IMG/VR virus record: IMGVR_UViG_3300032216_001099
Span: 1 to 43,825 of that record
DNA from: a virus
Taxonomy: Duplodnaviria > Caudoviricetes
Length of the DNA: 43,825 nucleotides
Strand: one strand, 5' to 3'
Part shown: positions 15,038-25,500 of the stretch, piece after piece
Layout of the letters: every line of letters begins with the position of its first letter
Numbering within the stretch: position 1 is the stretch's first letter
Translations under genes and position numbers: made by a program
The notes under the pieces: model-generated
Seen by the model: only the letters and a program-made list of their open reading frames with translations
Databases searched by the model: none
What the model was told of the DNA's origin: nothing

Positions 15038-17053
15038 TTACGCTCCCAACGTCGTAATTCGTTCTTCGCTTGAATACAGCGTGTCACTAAAGCTTTGCGA
15101 CAGACGATCGGACCGTTCTTCAGCCCCGCTAACATGCCCGGCTCCGCTAAGCCCAGCGCTGACAGACAGCGCAGAATACGCACCTTGTGCCAACGACGCT
15201 GCTGCTTTGGCGGCAGATTCTTGGGCGATCAACGATGCCTCGGTGGCTACAGTCAGCGCTCGAAACCCTTGCTCAGCCGCACGGTAAGCAGAGTCAGACG
15301 ATTGGTTGTAGTACCGCGCAGCGGACTGTGCCATGTCGGCGATTGATTCGTTGTATACCGAGATCGGAGGTAGTTTCGTAGCCCACTCAATGATCTTATT
15401 TTTGCCAAGATCACTGCCAATCTGCGCGTTAACAGTCTCAAGCGTGTTTTTTAGCCGCGCATTTTCGTAAGTTGCGCCCAGCTGTCGCGCCTGAAGTTTG
15501 AGCCGCTCGGCATCCAACTCAATACTAAGTGCGGCAGCGGCATTCTTGGCTCCGGCGGCGGCCATCTTGGCTACAGACACTTGGGTCTTCACTTGCGCGC
15601 TTTCATTTATCGCCGCTACAGATTTGGCTTTAGAATCGTATACCTGAAATTGCGCTTGATACGCCGATAATTCGCCATTGTAAGCGTCGACTTTACCTTT
15701 GTAGATGCCAAGTTTGAAACGCGCAATTTCAGCTTGCGCTGAAAACGCTTCAATTTTGCCTTTGTACGTTTCGACATTGGCGTACAACGCTTCGACTTGA
15801 GCTTGGTAAATTTCGGCCGCAGATGCGCTAGCTCGAGTAATTGCTGCGTAATTTTGCGCCAGCTGAGAATTAAACCGGGCTTTACTATTTTCGGCATCGA
15901 CCAAAACTTTCCATTTTTCCAACTCGGCCATTTTGGATTGTACGCTGACTTTGTATAGCTCAACTTCCAGCCCAAACGCTTGAACACGAGCGTTGTACAA
16001 GTTGCTTACGGAATTCAGTAACTGAATGCCGGACGACAGATAAATCTTGTCTACTTCAAAAGATTGTTTCTCGCCTTGAGTTACGTTGATGTCGAAATAC
16101 CGCCGCGAATCTTTGACTAGCTGCGGCGCGACTAACTTCACGCCAAGTCGTTCGGCTCCGTATTTGTCAATCAAATAGCGGCGTTCCGCTCCGCCATTGA
16201 TGAGTCCTTGCATCATGCTGACGTAGTCGTCTTGCCCCAGCGCTGCGTCTACCGGCAGCGCTTGCCCTCGCGCTGCCCATTTAGAAGAGTTAGACGCAAA
16301 CGCGAAGTTAGACGCTTTGACTACTTTCGCCGCAAAATCGTCCGCCCAAGCTTCGGCCGCAGCGCCTACGTCAAATACCGGTACGTAGTTAGGGGACGAC
16401 CCGTCAAACACTCGCGAAAGTGTCGGCACATCCGGTGCGGCGTCTACAGTAAAGGGCGAAAATACAGGCAACGTCGGAACCGTAAACTGCGGCAGCTTGA
16501 GCTCTTTAAGTTGCGGAGCGTTAGGGTTACTCAGTTGCAGCGCTGCCGGTAAAGAAATGATCGGCGCTTCCGGAAGCACTACGTCCGTAATCGTGGGGGC
16601 GACAGGAGCGCCCGACACAGGACTGATTTGAGGCGCACTTGGAAATACCGGTGAGTAATCAGTCGGCGCTGTCGCATCAACCGACGTGAAAGTCGGCGCC
16701 GTAAAAGAGAAGTCAAACGACAGATCAGGCGGCGCAACGGGCGAAATAGACCGGTTAGTCGAAGGGGTGAACGAATTTAGCGGAAAGACGCTCGGCTTAG
16801 TGAATTGCGCCGGAGTAAACTCAACCGCGAACTGCGCCGGATGAAACGCGCCTAGGGCTGTGATGGCGGAAATAGCGTCATCTAAAGAATCATCGCCAAA
16901 ACCACTAAAAAGACCGAGTTTGTCGTTAACGGTCGAGATGATCGAATTCGCGACGCTAGTTGCTTGCTGCTGCCCTTCCGCAGCCGTGCCGCTGGCCGAA
17001 CGAGCGCCAAACGTATTAGAGACTGAAGCCGCAATAACATCTTGAATTGCCAT
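15038..17053 (-). CDS. ~671-aa Pro-rich plus coiled-coil virion protein (paralogue A)
   Basis: Same architecture as its neighbour with C-terminal AQGAYSALSVSAG. The start overlaps the upstream stop (ATG 17053 or GTG 17056). Confidence 0.8.
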   Translation of the reverse strand: MAIQDVIAASVSNTFGARSASGTAAEGQQQATSVANSIISTVNDKLGLFSGFGDDSLDDAISAITALGAFHPAQFAVEFTPAQFTKPSVFPLNSFTPSTNRSISPVAPPDLSFDFSFTAPTFTSVDATAPTDYSPVFPSAPQISPVSGAPVAPTITDVVLPEAPIISLPAALQLSNPNAPQLKELKLPQFTVPTLPVFSPFTVDAAPDVPTLSRVFDGSSPNYVPVFDVGAAAEAWADDFAAKVVKASNFAFASNSSKWAARGQALPVDAALGQDDYVSMMQGLINGGAERRYLIDKYGAERLGVKLVAPQLVKDSRRYFDINVTQGEKQSFEVDKIYLSSGIQLLNSVSNLYNARVQAFGLEVELYKVSVQSKMAELEKWKVLVDAENSKARFNSQLAQNYAAITRASASAAEIYQAQVEALYANVETYKGKIEAFSAQAEIARFKLGIYKGKVDAYNGELSAYQAQFQVYDSKAKSVAAINESAQVKTQVSVAKMAAAGAKNAAAALSIELDAERLKLQARQLGATYENARLKNTLETVNAQIGSDLGKNKIIEWATKLPPISVYNESIADMAQSAARYYNQSSDSAYRAAEQGFRALTVATEASLIAQESAAKAAASLAQGAYSALSVSAGLSGAGHVSGAEERSDRLSQSFSDTLYSSEERITTLGA

Positions 17054-18204
17054 CACACTCTCCGTGCAGTTACGGCCACGTCAGCACTTGCGTCTAAGAG
17101 TTTGTATTGTACTGATGTTGCGCCAATTTTCATCTGGATGTACCGGCTGCGGAATCCTTTACCTATGATCGCCCGGTTGTTCCTATAATCCTCTTGGTCG
17201 CGTAGCTGCATATCGTAATCGTACGACTCTCGTCCGCCGTTGACGTCGCCCGTAATCGTGACGGTCATATTAGAGTCGCTGTACCCCGTGGCGTACAGCG
17301 CTGACATACGTTTGAACCTATCCGCCCCCATATCCATAACGCCGGTACGGATGTAAGACTCAAACGGAACTCCGTTGTCGGAGAGGCCGTTTAGGCGCCA
17401 CAAATTGTTCGTCGATACGAAATTGCCGGCCATAGACTCAAATGGGAAAGTGAGCCAAACAGACATACCCCACGTAATTACAGAACAGGTGTATGCCCTA
17501 CCAGACGCCGGCGCCACAGGGTTGTCGCTTAGGTCGCCGCGATCGCGCACGACCGGTCTGATCGTAAGTCTTGGCGTTGCTGCACTGCGTATTACTGCCG
17601 ATTCGTGATACGCAACTACGGCATGGACGATTCGGGTAGTCGCGTCGTTTAGTTGTGCGTTGTCTCGGATACTGACAGTGCTGATGGACTTGAATGTCGC
17701 CCGATCGTTTAGAACACCCTGTTCACGGATCGACAGAGCGGCTGGGTTAGCAAGCCGACTAATGATAGCGACCGTGTCTCTTAACGTACGAGTGGGCTTG
17801 CCTACAAACGTCGTGCGATCGTTAAGAATCGCGGATTCGCGCAACACAATCGGCGCTTTACCGCTGCTACGATCGTTTAGTTCCGCCGTGTCTCGCTGCG
17901 TGCGCGTAACCCTGATACTTTCAAGAGCACGAGAAAGTAACGAGACTGAATCGCGGTATGTCAGCGTGATTCGGACACTGCCCGCCGATCTACTTACAAA
18001 TCGCGCTGTTTCGCGCCAAACAACAGATTTTTTCTGTGTTGTGCGATCATTTAGCTCGGCTGTGTCGCGCTGCACAGTTGAAGCGCGTGGAGTAACTCGG
18101 TCGTTAAGTTGCGCCGAGTCTCGAAAGAAAAAGCCCCAATCGTTACGCGGTTCTTTTGTGCGAAAAGACGCTGTTTCCCGTTGTATTTGCGTGACTGTAG
18201 CCAT
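17053..18204 (-). CDS. 383-aa virion protein with ~11-12 R[D/E]xAxLNDR repeats and a C-terminal beta-rich domain
   Basis: Repeats spaced 18-20 aa apart are visible in the translation; translationally coupled on both sides. Confidence 0.75.
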   Translation of the reverse strand: MATVTQIQRETASFRTKEPRNDWGFFFRDSAQLNDRVTPRASTVQRDTAELNDRTTQKKSVVWRETARFVSRSAGSVRITLTYRDSVSLLSRALESIRVTRTQRDTAELNDRSSGKAPIVLRESAILNDRTTFVGKPTRTLRDTVAIISRLANPAALSIREQGVLNDRATFKSISTVSIRDNAQLNDATTRIVHAVVAYHESAVIRSAATPRLTIRPVVRDRGDLSDNPVAPASGRAYTCSVITWGMSVWLTFPFESMAGNFVSTNNLWRLNGLSDNGVPFESYIRTGVMDMGADRFKRMSALYATGYSDSNMTVTITGDVNGGRESYDYDMQLRDQEDYRNNRAIIGKGFRSRYIQMKIGATSVQYKLLDASADVAVTARRV

Positions 18205-20822
18205 TACTCAATTACTCCGGTGTAACAAGCATAGGTGCTAGCGTGCATGTTATCTGGCTTGCCAGCGTGCGCCGTTGTAGCCTGATCCATGTCAGTGTGG
18301 TAGTTGACGATCGGTTGGCCAAGTACGGAAGACATCACGCCCATGTACGGCGTGACCCCAGACTGTTCGTCAGGAGACGACTTCCACCACCACCCATCCA
18401 TATTGGTGTCGTACCACATACTGGCGTTGTTCACGGTGGCGGATTCGCAAACAAATTCACCAAGACCGGAATCGTTAACCATCCGTATCTCATACGACGT
18501 GACAGAAATTGCTGGTTTGATAAGGGTGCTGTACGACCGGGGAGATTGAATATTTGGCCACAATACGGAACCCAAGATCCCTTTGCCCCAAGGGGCTGTC
18601 TGCGTAAGTTTAGTGTTTGCGTAACCAGTAGCCGGGCACACAGTGTAGAAAAACTGATCGGAGACATCTTCGCTTACGCACGAGTCGACATCCCATTCGT
18701 AGACTTTCTTGGCTATGCAATTGATAGTGCCGTTGTAAGGTTTTCCACAGCCTTCGGCCCAGTGAAAAAAGAAGTTGTATATCTCCCATTGCTCGTAATG
18801 CGGGCCTGTAGTTGACTCGCTGTAACCGGATTCAGTTACCGACGTTCCGTTATTGGATTCGATCTTAGCCATGTAATACGCTGTACGGTCGCTAAACGGA
18901 ATAGCTACAGACACATCAAGGCTTTTTGCGGAAATCGCCGTTGTAGTGCTGGTAATCCAAAAATTAACAACTGTAGATACAGTGATACATCTTCCATAAA
19001 AATAGGGCACCACCGCTGAACCTTGGACACTAAGCTTTTTGCCTGTGTACTTGGTGAACGATTCTTCATATGAAAGTTCTTTGCGCCAATCCCATCTGGC
19101 CGAATAAAAATTTCCGCACACTCGTTGGCCGCTACTAAAAGTTACTGAACTGGTCCAGCTTCCAGTATACTGGCAGTCCCCTCGTGTGTTTTCCGCCACA
19201 ATTTGCGGAGATGGATTCGGGTCATAAAAATAGTTTACCGTTTCGACGTTGTCGTCGATCACGGTTGCAAACATTGGGGTGTCGCATCGTGGAGCCGTGC
19301 CGCTGAACGGGTATTCAGTCGGACTAAAATCATACGAAATCAAACCATCTACAATCGGTTCAGGAAATTTGATTTGCGGCTGTCCGTGAAATAACGCCGG
19401 ATGATACAAGTACCCGGTTTTGACGACGGTCAGAACAGCTGTACCTTGTAAATTAGGGGCTACGACAAGTTTGTCGAACGCTTTGCGGCCAGCAGTATCG
19501 CCTTCAAATTTGTACGTCATAAGAATGGTGGCCGCTTCTAGCTCAGTCATTCTTTGGCATTTCTTGATTTCGTATAATTTTGTGAACTTGACGGCAAGTT
19601 CGCCTCTGCTGGCAGACAGCGCGGATAGTTTGGCAGCCCGCACTAAGTTGATAGACAGCTTGTAATGGTATCCGCGCTTAACGCCGCCAGAACCCGTGTC
19701 ATGTACGGTGTTATGAGCTTCGGTGCCTCGGCTGTTAAACGCCCACCCAAGTATGGAGCTAAACGCCGATTTACCATAAAAGCCGCCCATCGCGGCACCG
19801 GAAATGAGTTCTACTACTTCCCCGGCGTTCTTCCACAACGTGAACTCTTCCAAAACGGGGAAATTAACCCCTAGCGGAATGCCGTTAAATTCTTCAAGGA
19901 ACTCAGTCAGTTCCGGGCTAACCTCTTTGTACCGTTTTTGCCCTTCTACGGTCTGAGACACGGGGTCCATATACAGAGGCATAGCGTGTACGCCTCGTGT
20001 TCCCACTTCGATAAGCCACGGCACACCGGTGCTGTCAAATGCCACGCCGTGTGTTTTGGGAAACCGGTAGTCGTATTCAACGCGAATGGATACAACGTCT
20101 TGGCCGTCGTACAGCCCGAAACTGCTTTTAGTTTTTTGCGTCGTATGCGAGCCAACCGGCGTAAGTTCTTCGCTTAGCGTAGGCTTGTTTAATGTCGCGC
20201 CCCAGATTTCTTCGTATGTCGGCTGCAACACATAGCCCATACCAAATAACAGCTGGACGATTTTGCGCATGCCGCCAGAATAATTTGACGCGCACACATG
20301 CGCGTATTGCGAATATTTGACTGACGGGTTTGCGCCAATTTTAGTAAACAGCGGCGATTCTTCTATAGCTAGGCGTTTGCGCCTAAATCTGTCGGTGTAG
20401 CGGTTTTCTGTAGGGGTAGTTGGTACAAACCCTTTCAGTAAATCGTATACGACTGTAGATACCGACCCATCGTTGTTAGTGACGGTTTCAGTGACAGTTT
20501 CTAGCGTGTTGATAGAAACACGCCCGCTAACTACATCGGCCACGCCAGCCCTGTTGGGATAGAACGATGTTCTTTCCGAAACGGGAAACACCACGCTTGT
20601 CCCAGCGGGAGGGACAACAATCTGCAGCGCTCTCATGTTTGAAAGGTCGGCAATAACGGCGTAAGCCCCGCCACCAAGATCGTATGCTTTGGTGACGGAG
20701 CTTATGCCCTGAGTCTGCTTCCATTGCCCAAGCGTATTCGCCAGTTTCATGACGGCATCGAGGTGAGCTCTCGCCCCCTCGACATCGCCTTCCAGCATTA
20801 TCCGCCCGGAAAAGCCGGTCAT
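18204..20822 (-). CDS. 872-aa putative tail/virion structural protein
   Basis: Long ORF in the tail region; Thr/Ser/Tyr/Cys-rich C-terminal half. Confidence 0.75.
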   Translation of the reverse strand: MTGFSGRIMLEGDVEGARAHLDAVMKLANTLGQWKQTQGISSVTKAYDLGGGAYAVIADLSNMRALQIVVPPAGTSVVFPVSERTSFYPNRAGVADVVSGRVSINTLETVTETVTNNDGSVSTVVYDLLKGFVPTTPTENRYTDRFRRKRLAIEESPLFTKIGANPSVKYSQYAHVCASNYSGGMRKIVQLLFGMGYVLQPTYEEIWGATLNKPTLSEELTPVGSHTTQKTKSSFGLYDGQDVVSIRVEYDYRFPKTHGVAFDSTGVPWLIEVGTRGVHAMPLYMDPVSQTVEGQKRYKEVSPELTEFLEEFNGIPLGVNFPVLEEFTLWKNAGEVVELISGAAMGGFYGKSAFSSILGWAFNSRGTEAHNTVHDTGSGGVKRGYHYKLSINLVRAAKLSALSASRGELAVKFTKLYEIKKCQRMTELEAATILMTYKFEGDTAGRKAFDKLVVAPNLQGTAVLTVVKTGYLYHPALFHGQPQIKFPEPIVDGLISYDFSPTEYPFSGTAPRCDTPMFATVIDDNVETVNYFYDPNPSPQIVAENTRGDCQYTGSWTSSVTFSSGQRVCGNFYSARWDWRKELSYEESFTKYTGKKLSVQGSAVVPYFYGRCITVSTVVNFWITSTTTAISAKSLDVSVAIPFSDRTAYYMAKIESNNGTSVTESGYSESTTGPHYEQWEIYNFFFHWAEGCGKPYNGTINCIAKKVYEWDVDSCVSEDVSDQFFYTVCPATGYANTKLTQTAPWGKGILGSVLWPNIQSPRSYSTLIKPAISVTSYEIRMVNDSGLGEFVCESATVNNASMWYDTNMDGWWWKSSPDEQSGVTPYMGVMSSVLGQPIVNYHTDMDQATTAHAGKPDNMHASTYACYTGVIE

Positions 20823-20826
20823 TACA

Positions 20827-21402
20827 CTAAGTGTCGATCAACTCGACTTCATACCCAAGCTCAAACGCATCACCGCTATTAACTGTACGAGCAGTACCAA
20901 ATCGAGACGCCGAAACCAGCGTGCCTGACGTCCCACCTTTAGTGTTGCTACTAAGAAGCGCGGCGCCGGAGATGTTGATGCTAGTCGAGCAGTAAATGGT
21001 AAACACCGCTTTGCTAGACAGGTTGCCGATTACACCCGCTGACACAGAGCCCGGGGTCCAAGCTGGGCGAGTAGTATTTGAATAGCCTTCCGTGTTACTG
21101 GTAATTTCAGACGCGTTGGACGGAAAATTTACCGCCGTCCAGCTAGCAATGGGAGTCACCGCAGCGGAAAAAACCGCCAGATACCACGTAGAAATTTTTG
21201 ACGTTGCACCAAGTGCGGCGCCCAAAATGTACGTGATGCCTTCGGTCGGAATCAGGTTGTGGTCTACCTGTTCGTCTTTGCCGTTGACGCTGTGAATGTA
21301 CCGACCACGGCCCATAATCGCGCCATGAATCAAAAGCCCGCCATCAGTCTCTACGTAATCGCCGTTATCAATAAACTTAGCGATCTCTTTCATATGCTTC
21401 AT
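20827..21402 (-). CDS. 191-aa small virion structural protein (fibre-associated type)
   Basis: AAGGAG RBS. WYLAVF...EITS..GY..R.....GGTSGTLVSASRF...RTVNSGD resembles the protein at 34888-35346. Confidence 0.75.
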   Translation of the reverse strand: MKHMKEIAKFIDNGDYVETDGGLLIHGAIMGRGRYIHSVNGKDEQVDHNLIPTEGITYILGAALGATSKISTWYLAVFSAAVTPIASWTAVNFPSNASEITSNTEGYSNTTRPAWTPGSVSAGVIGNLSSKAVFTIYCSTSINISGAALLSSNTKGGTSGTLVSASRFGTARTVNSGDAFELGYEVELIDT

Positions 21403-21415
21403 ACAGGTAATCTCC

Positions 21416-22504
21416 TTATTGAGACAGAACGATTAAGCGATCCCCCTCAAAGTGCAGGGAACCAATTCCGAGCGGAAGACCGCCCAACAGATCTGCCTGC
21501 GGGTAAGTGACGTTACCCGACGGTAGACCCACCGCGAAACCTTTGTCGGTAAACCATACGGCTACCCACTCAGGCTTAGATTGAAGCGTCAGTTTCATTT
21601 GGCTGGTCGGGACCAAAAGGGAGGCGCCGGGTTGAGCCTCGACGAGATCGGCGACTGTCCGTTTCCAGTCTTCTGGAGTAGCGCCAGCAAGAAAATGAAC
21701 GCCGTTGTTCTTAAGGCCAACATACACACCGCCTTCAACAGCCTCTATAAACGTGATGGCTGACTCAAACTGCACAAACCCAGCGCTGCGGTTATACAAC
21801 GCGTAATTAAACGGTTCGGAGAAAAACAAAGTACGGCCTCTAGCGACGATAACGCGCCCGCGCCAATACCGCGCGTATTTGCCGCCGGGTAATCCAGCAA
21901 GATTAAGGATTTCTGCTGGACGCCCCACATTGTCAGTCTGTCCGTTAGTGCGGTAAATCGTATCGCCTTGACGGCGATACAAATTAGCGCCTGCTATGTC
22001 CGTAGGAAACGCCGGTAGCGACCCAAAGTAAGGAGCAAGCGGGCCTTCATTCCCATACTTGTTCACAAAACTTATGTACATGTCGGCAACAGGAATGGTA
22101 GCGCCGGTAGGCGCCATCGGCGCAGGAATAGTCAGCATCTCTACTGACTCGCCGACTACTAGCCCAACACCGTCCATATTCGTGAACATCGGGCGATCGT
22201 TGAACACAGACCAAGTAACTTTGCCTTGGATAGTGGGGCCGCCAAGTGTTTTGGCAGACGTATCAAAAATCTCAACGACTGCGTTGTTGAGTAGCCCAAA
22301 AGTGCGGCTGTTCCATCTAAACAAACTGTTGCCGCCAGCCGTAGCCAAGCTGTACCCACGCCGAGGCTCGATTGACCCGTCAGAGTTAATCAAAACATTG
22401 ACCGCCTCAATCAACGCGCCTTTTGGCGTCGCTGTTGGGTCGTTCATGTTTTGAATTCCTTTAGGCCATGGGCCGAGCGGAATTGTTTGCGCGGAACTTT
22501 TCAT
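21416..22504 (-). CDS. 362-aa putative tail protein (beta-propeller/nozzle-like)
   Basis: N-terminal G..N......GAL.EA.NV.I...G....R.G pattern and RVIVARGRTLFFSEP blade are typical of podovirus tail/stabilisation proteins. Confidence 0.6.
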   Translation of the reverse strand: MKSSAQTIPLGPWPKGIQNMNDPTATPKGALIEAVNVLINSDGSIEPRRGYSLATAGGNSLFRWNSRTFGLLNNAVVEIFDTSAKTLGGPTIQGKVTWSVFNDRPMFTNMDGVGLVVGESVEMLTIPAPMAPTGATIPVADMYISFVNKYGNEGPLAPYFGSLPAFPTDIAGANLYRRQGDTIYRTNGQTDNVGRPAEILNLAGLPGGKYARYWRGRVIVARGRTLFFSEPFNYALYNRSAGFVQFESAITFIEAVEGGVYVGLKNNGVHFLAGATPEDWKRTVADLVEAQPGASLLVPTSQMKLTLQSKPEWVAVWFTDKGFAVGLPSGNVTYPQADLLGGLPLGIGSLHFEGDRLIVLSQ

Positions 22505-22538
22505 AATTTAGATTTTAGATCAAGCGCCTAAGTGCTGT

Positions 22539-25500
22539 CTAACTTATATTAGAGACTGCGAGATGATGGCCCACGTCGCATCTAGGCGGCGCGATCATAT
22601 ACGCGGTGACTACCTGTACGTTATTTTTGACAGAGGAAGAACTTCCTACGTTTCCGGGCGGAATGCCAGTAGGGTAGCCGCGTTCGTAATCTCGGCGAAC
22701 GCGCAATCTGTCGTTGAACGACCCCAAACTGTACTCCGACGTAAACGAATCCGATCCGCTGGGGTAAACAGTTCTTATCCTGTAACTAACCAAAGGAACT
22801 CCCCACGACGTGTTGACCCAGCCTGTCGGTTTGGGGCCGCGAGGTTTGAGATAGACGACCGGTCGTGTTTCATCAACCGCCATGTAAATCGTGGCCACAA
22901 AACCTTGGGGTAAAACTTGCCTGTTGAAATTCTCAATTCTTGTTTCGGTCTGGCTCAAATCTGGAGGTAAAACGCTGGTCGGCGCCAACGCGACGTTCGA
23001 TGCGTTTTGAGCCAAAGCGACCACCGTATCGGTGTCGGATTGGGGCGGATCAATCGAGTTAACAAGCACAAACTTGCTATCTGGTAGCTCCGGGTAACCG
23101 AAACGTGGCGGCTTAATTCCGGTAGGGTAAAGCCGCCGACGGCGGTTAGTGACTAAAGTATCCAGCCCAACAGCATCTTCAATTACGGCTATCCCGTAAA
23201 CCTGAATCTTGGGGTACGTTGGAGTAGACGCTGACGGCGTGCCAAATTTTGAATACGAATCAACTTGTTGGAAATTATTACCGGCCCCGTACGCGGAATA
23301 CCCGGCAATCAAATTTGGCGGAACATCACCCGTACACCAGATGACCCACGGCGTAGCGCGAGGATACCCGACGCCGTACCGAGCAAATGACTCGACGCTG
23401 ATTGTCTGCGTGCCGTTGACAGACGGCGTCCCCCATTGAAAATCGCTATCAGGGAAATCCCAATAAGGGCGCGCACCTTGAGCGCGCACAGAAGGACTTC
23501 CAAATATCAAACTGGCCCATCCGTTCGGTAACGGGGAACCTTGAACCGAAGGACTTGATACCGTAGCTTTTGATGGGATCCCACACGAGTCGAGATTTAC
23601 AGTCTGCGCGCGAGGCAGACTGGGCGCTGGATCACGAACTTCGTGCAATTCGCTAATTTTAGGCGGGGCAATATTGCCCGTAACATAGATTAGTTGTGTT
23701 TTGTGCACTACTACAGTGAGTGCACTATGGCCTGCCGCTACAAAAGACGACGGATATACAAACCGTTTGAGGTTGAAAACAGAATTAAGTCGGCCAACTT
23801 GCGGGAAGTCAAAATAAAACGACGATTGCGGGTATATTTGACGGTTTCTATTTACTACGGTCGGCGTACCGCTAGCAAATGAATAGATGGAACAAAGTCT
23901 AGCCGCATTAAAAAACGCTAATGCAAATTCAATGCCCGGTACATCGCTCATATCGCGACCAACCGGTACAACGTATTGCGTGAAGTTGCCTACGCGCGGC
24001 TGCGGTACGTTGGGGGGAGCCAGTCCGGCAAAGCTGGTGATATACCGGATTCTGTATGCAGTAAACGAATTGCCAAACGCTGTATCGGCGTTGGGCCCCC
24101 ATTGGTATACCCATTGTGTATTGGTGGACACGATCGGGACCGGCGGGTACGGAGCCGAGATCGCAACGGGGTAAACTATTTTGCGCCAGTTATAAACTTG
24201 GCTAAATTGGGGGAAATATAATGGCGGTATTCCTTCTGCCGCCACCACACGTTTTTTTAGCTCGACTTTTGCGCCACTACCGATCGCTTCTGATATAAAG
24301 CCTACAGGCGCTGGTGATCTAGTAGGGGTAAGGCCAAGGCTGGCCGGGAACCATGCAAGTTTTAGCGAATTCCAGCCATCCGGAAATACCGTTCGGTTGC
24401 GGTTAACAACTGAAGGTACGCCGTATTTATCCTGTATAGGCGGGAAAACAATATTGTAGTATTGGGTTACATACTGTTTTAGGTTGTATGCTGTAGGTGA
24501 GGTTATGTCCGGGGGTGGAATTTTACCTACGTATAGAACATACCGTCTGTAAAAAGTAACCGACGGGAAATTGATTTGAGTCGGGGGTTTAATCCCCTTA
24601 CCTTCTACGTCGACAATAGTTTCGTTGCGGCGAACTTCGTGTGCGCCAAAAAGCGAACTGTCGTATCCGAGCGGTACTAATTTACGTATTGCGTCCGATA
24701 CGTACGCTGCGTTGCCAAACGCGTCGTACGTAAATTTATACGCTATGCTTTCCGGAAAGAGATAACGAATTCGCAGCGAAACTGTAGGAGCGCCAACAGC
24801 GTGCTGATTGACGCCGCCAGTTACGACAAATTGCGGGTTAGTTGAGGCAAACAAATTGCCGAACGCCGCCGAATTGATACCGCCAGCGTTTTCAACGCGC
24901 GGCTGAGAGATTAATTCAAGCGCAAAAGCCGACGCCGACGCATATGCCGACGCGCTTAGTCTGTTACCAATTTGTAAGTCAGCAGTAGCCGACGCTCTTG
25001 CTGAAACGCCGGCTTCAAGTCCAGGTCTGGTAAATACAAAATTAGCCGTTGTCGCCGCTGGTGCGGAATACGTAGCTACAAATTCAAAATCAACTTGAGC
25101 GCCGTTGGTTGATCGTATGTACGCCCGCGCTCGACTAACAACGCCTTGGTATATACCTACAGGCGTTAGCGACAAAGATTTGTTGGAAACTTTAGTTAAC
25201 GGGCCGTATTGATTTGAGTCGGCCCCAAGAATGTTGGCTACTATCTGACCGCCGAAATAAAACGGTACGTTCGCTGCTGGCGGCAGCGTGTAGCTGGCGG
25301 TAAAAGCAAAGTCAGTGTCGGCGCGACCGCTGGTGCGCGGTCGTCCAACGACGCCGGGGGCAATACCAAAATCTTGGCAAAGTATTAAGAGCGGGGCTTT
25401 TACTTTTGTCTCAGCCCCGAAGACAGATGTGTCTCCGGCGCTTACGCCGGGGACAACAATTTGACCGCCAAAATAAAACGACGTGTGCGGGACCGAAATC

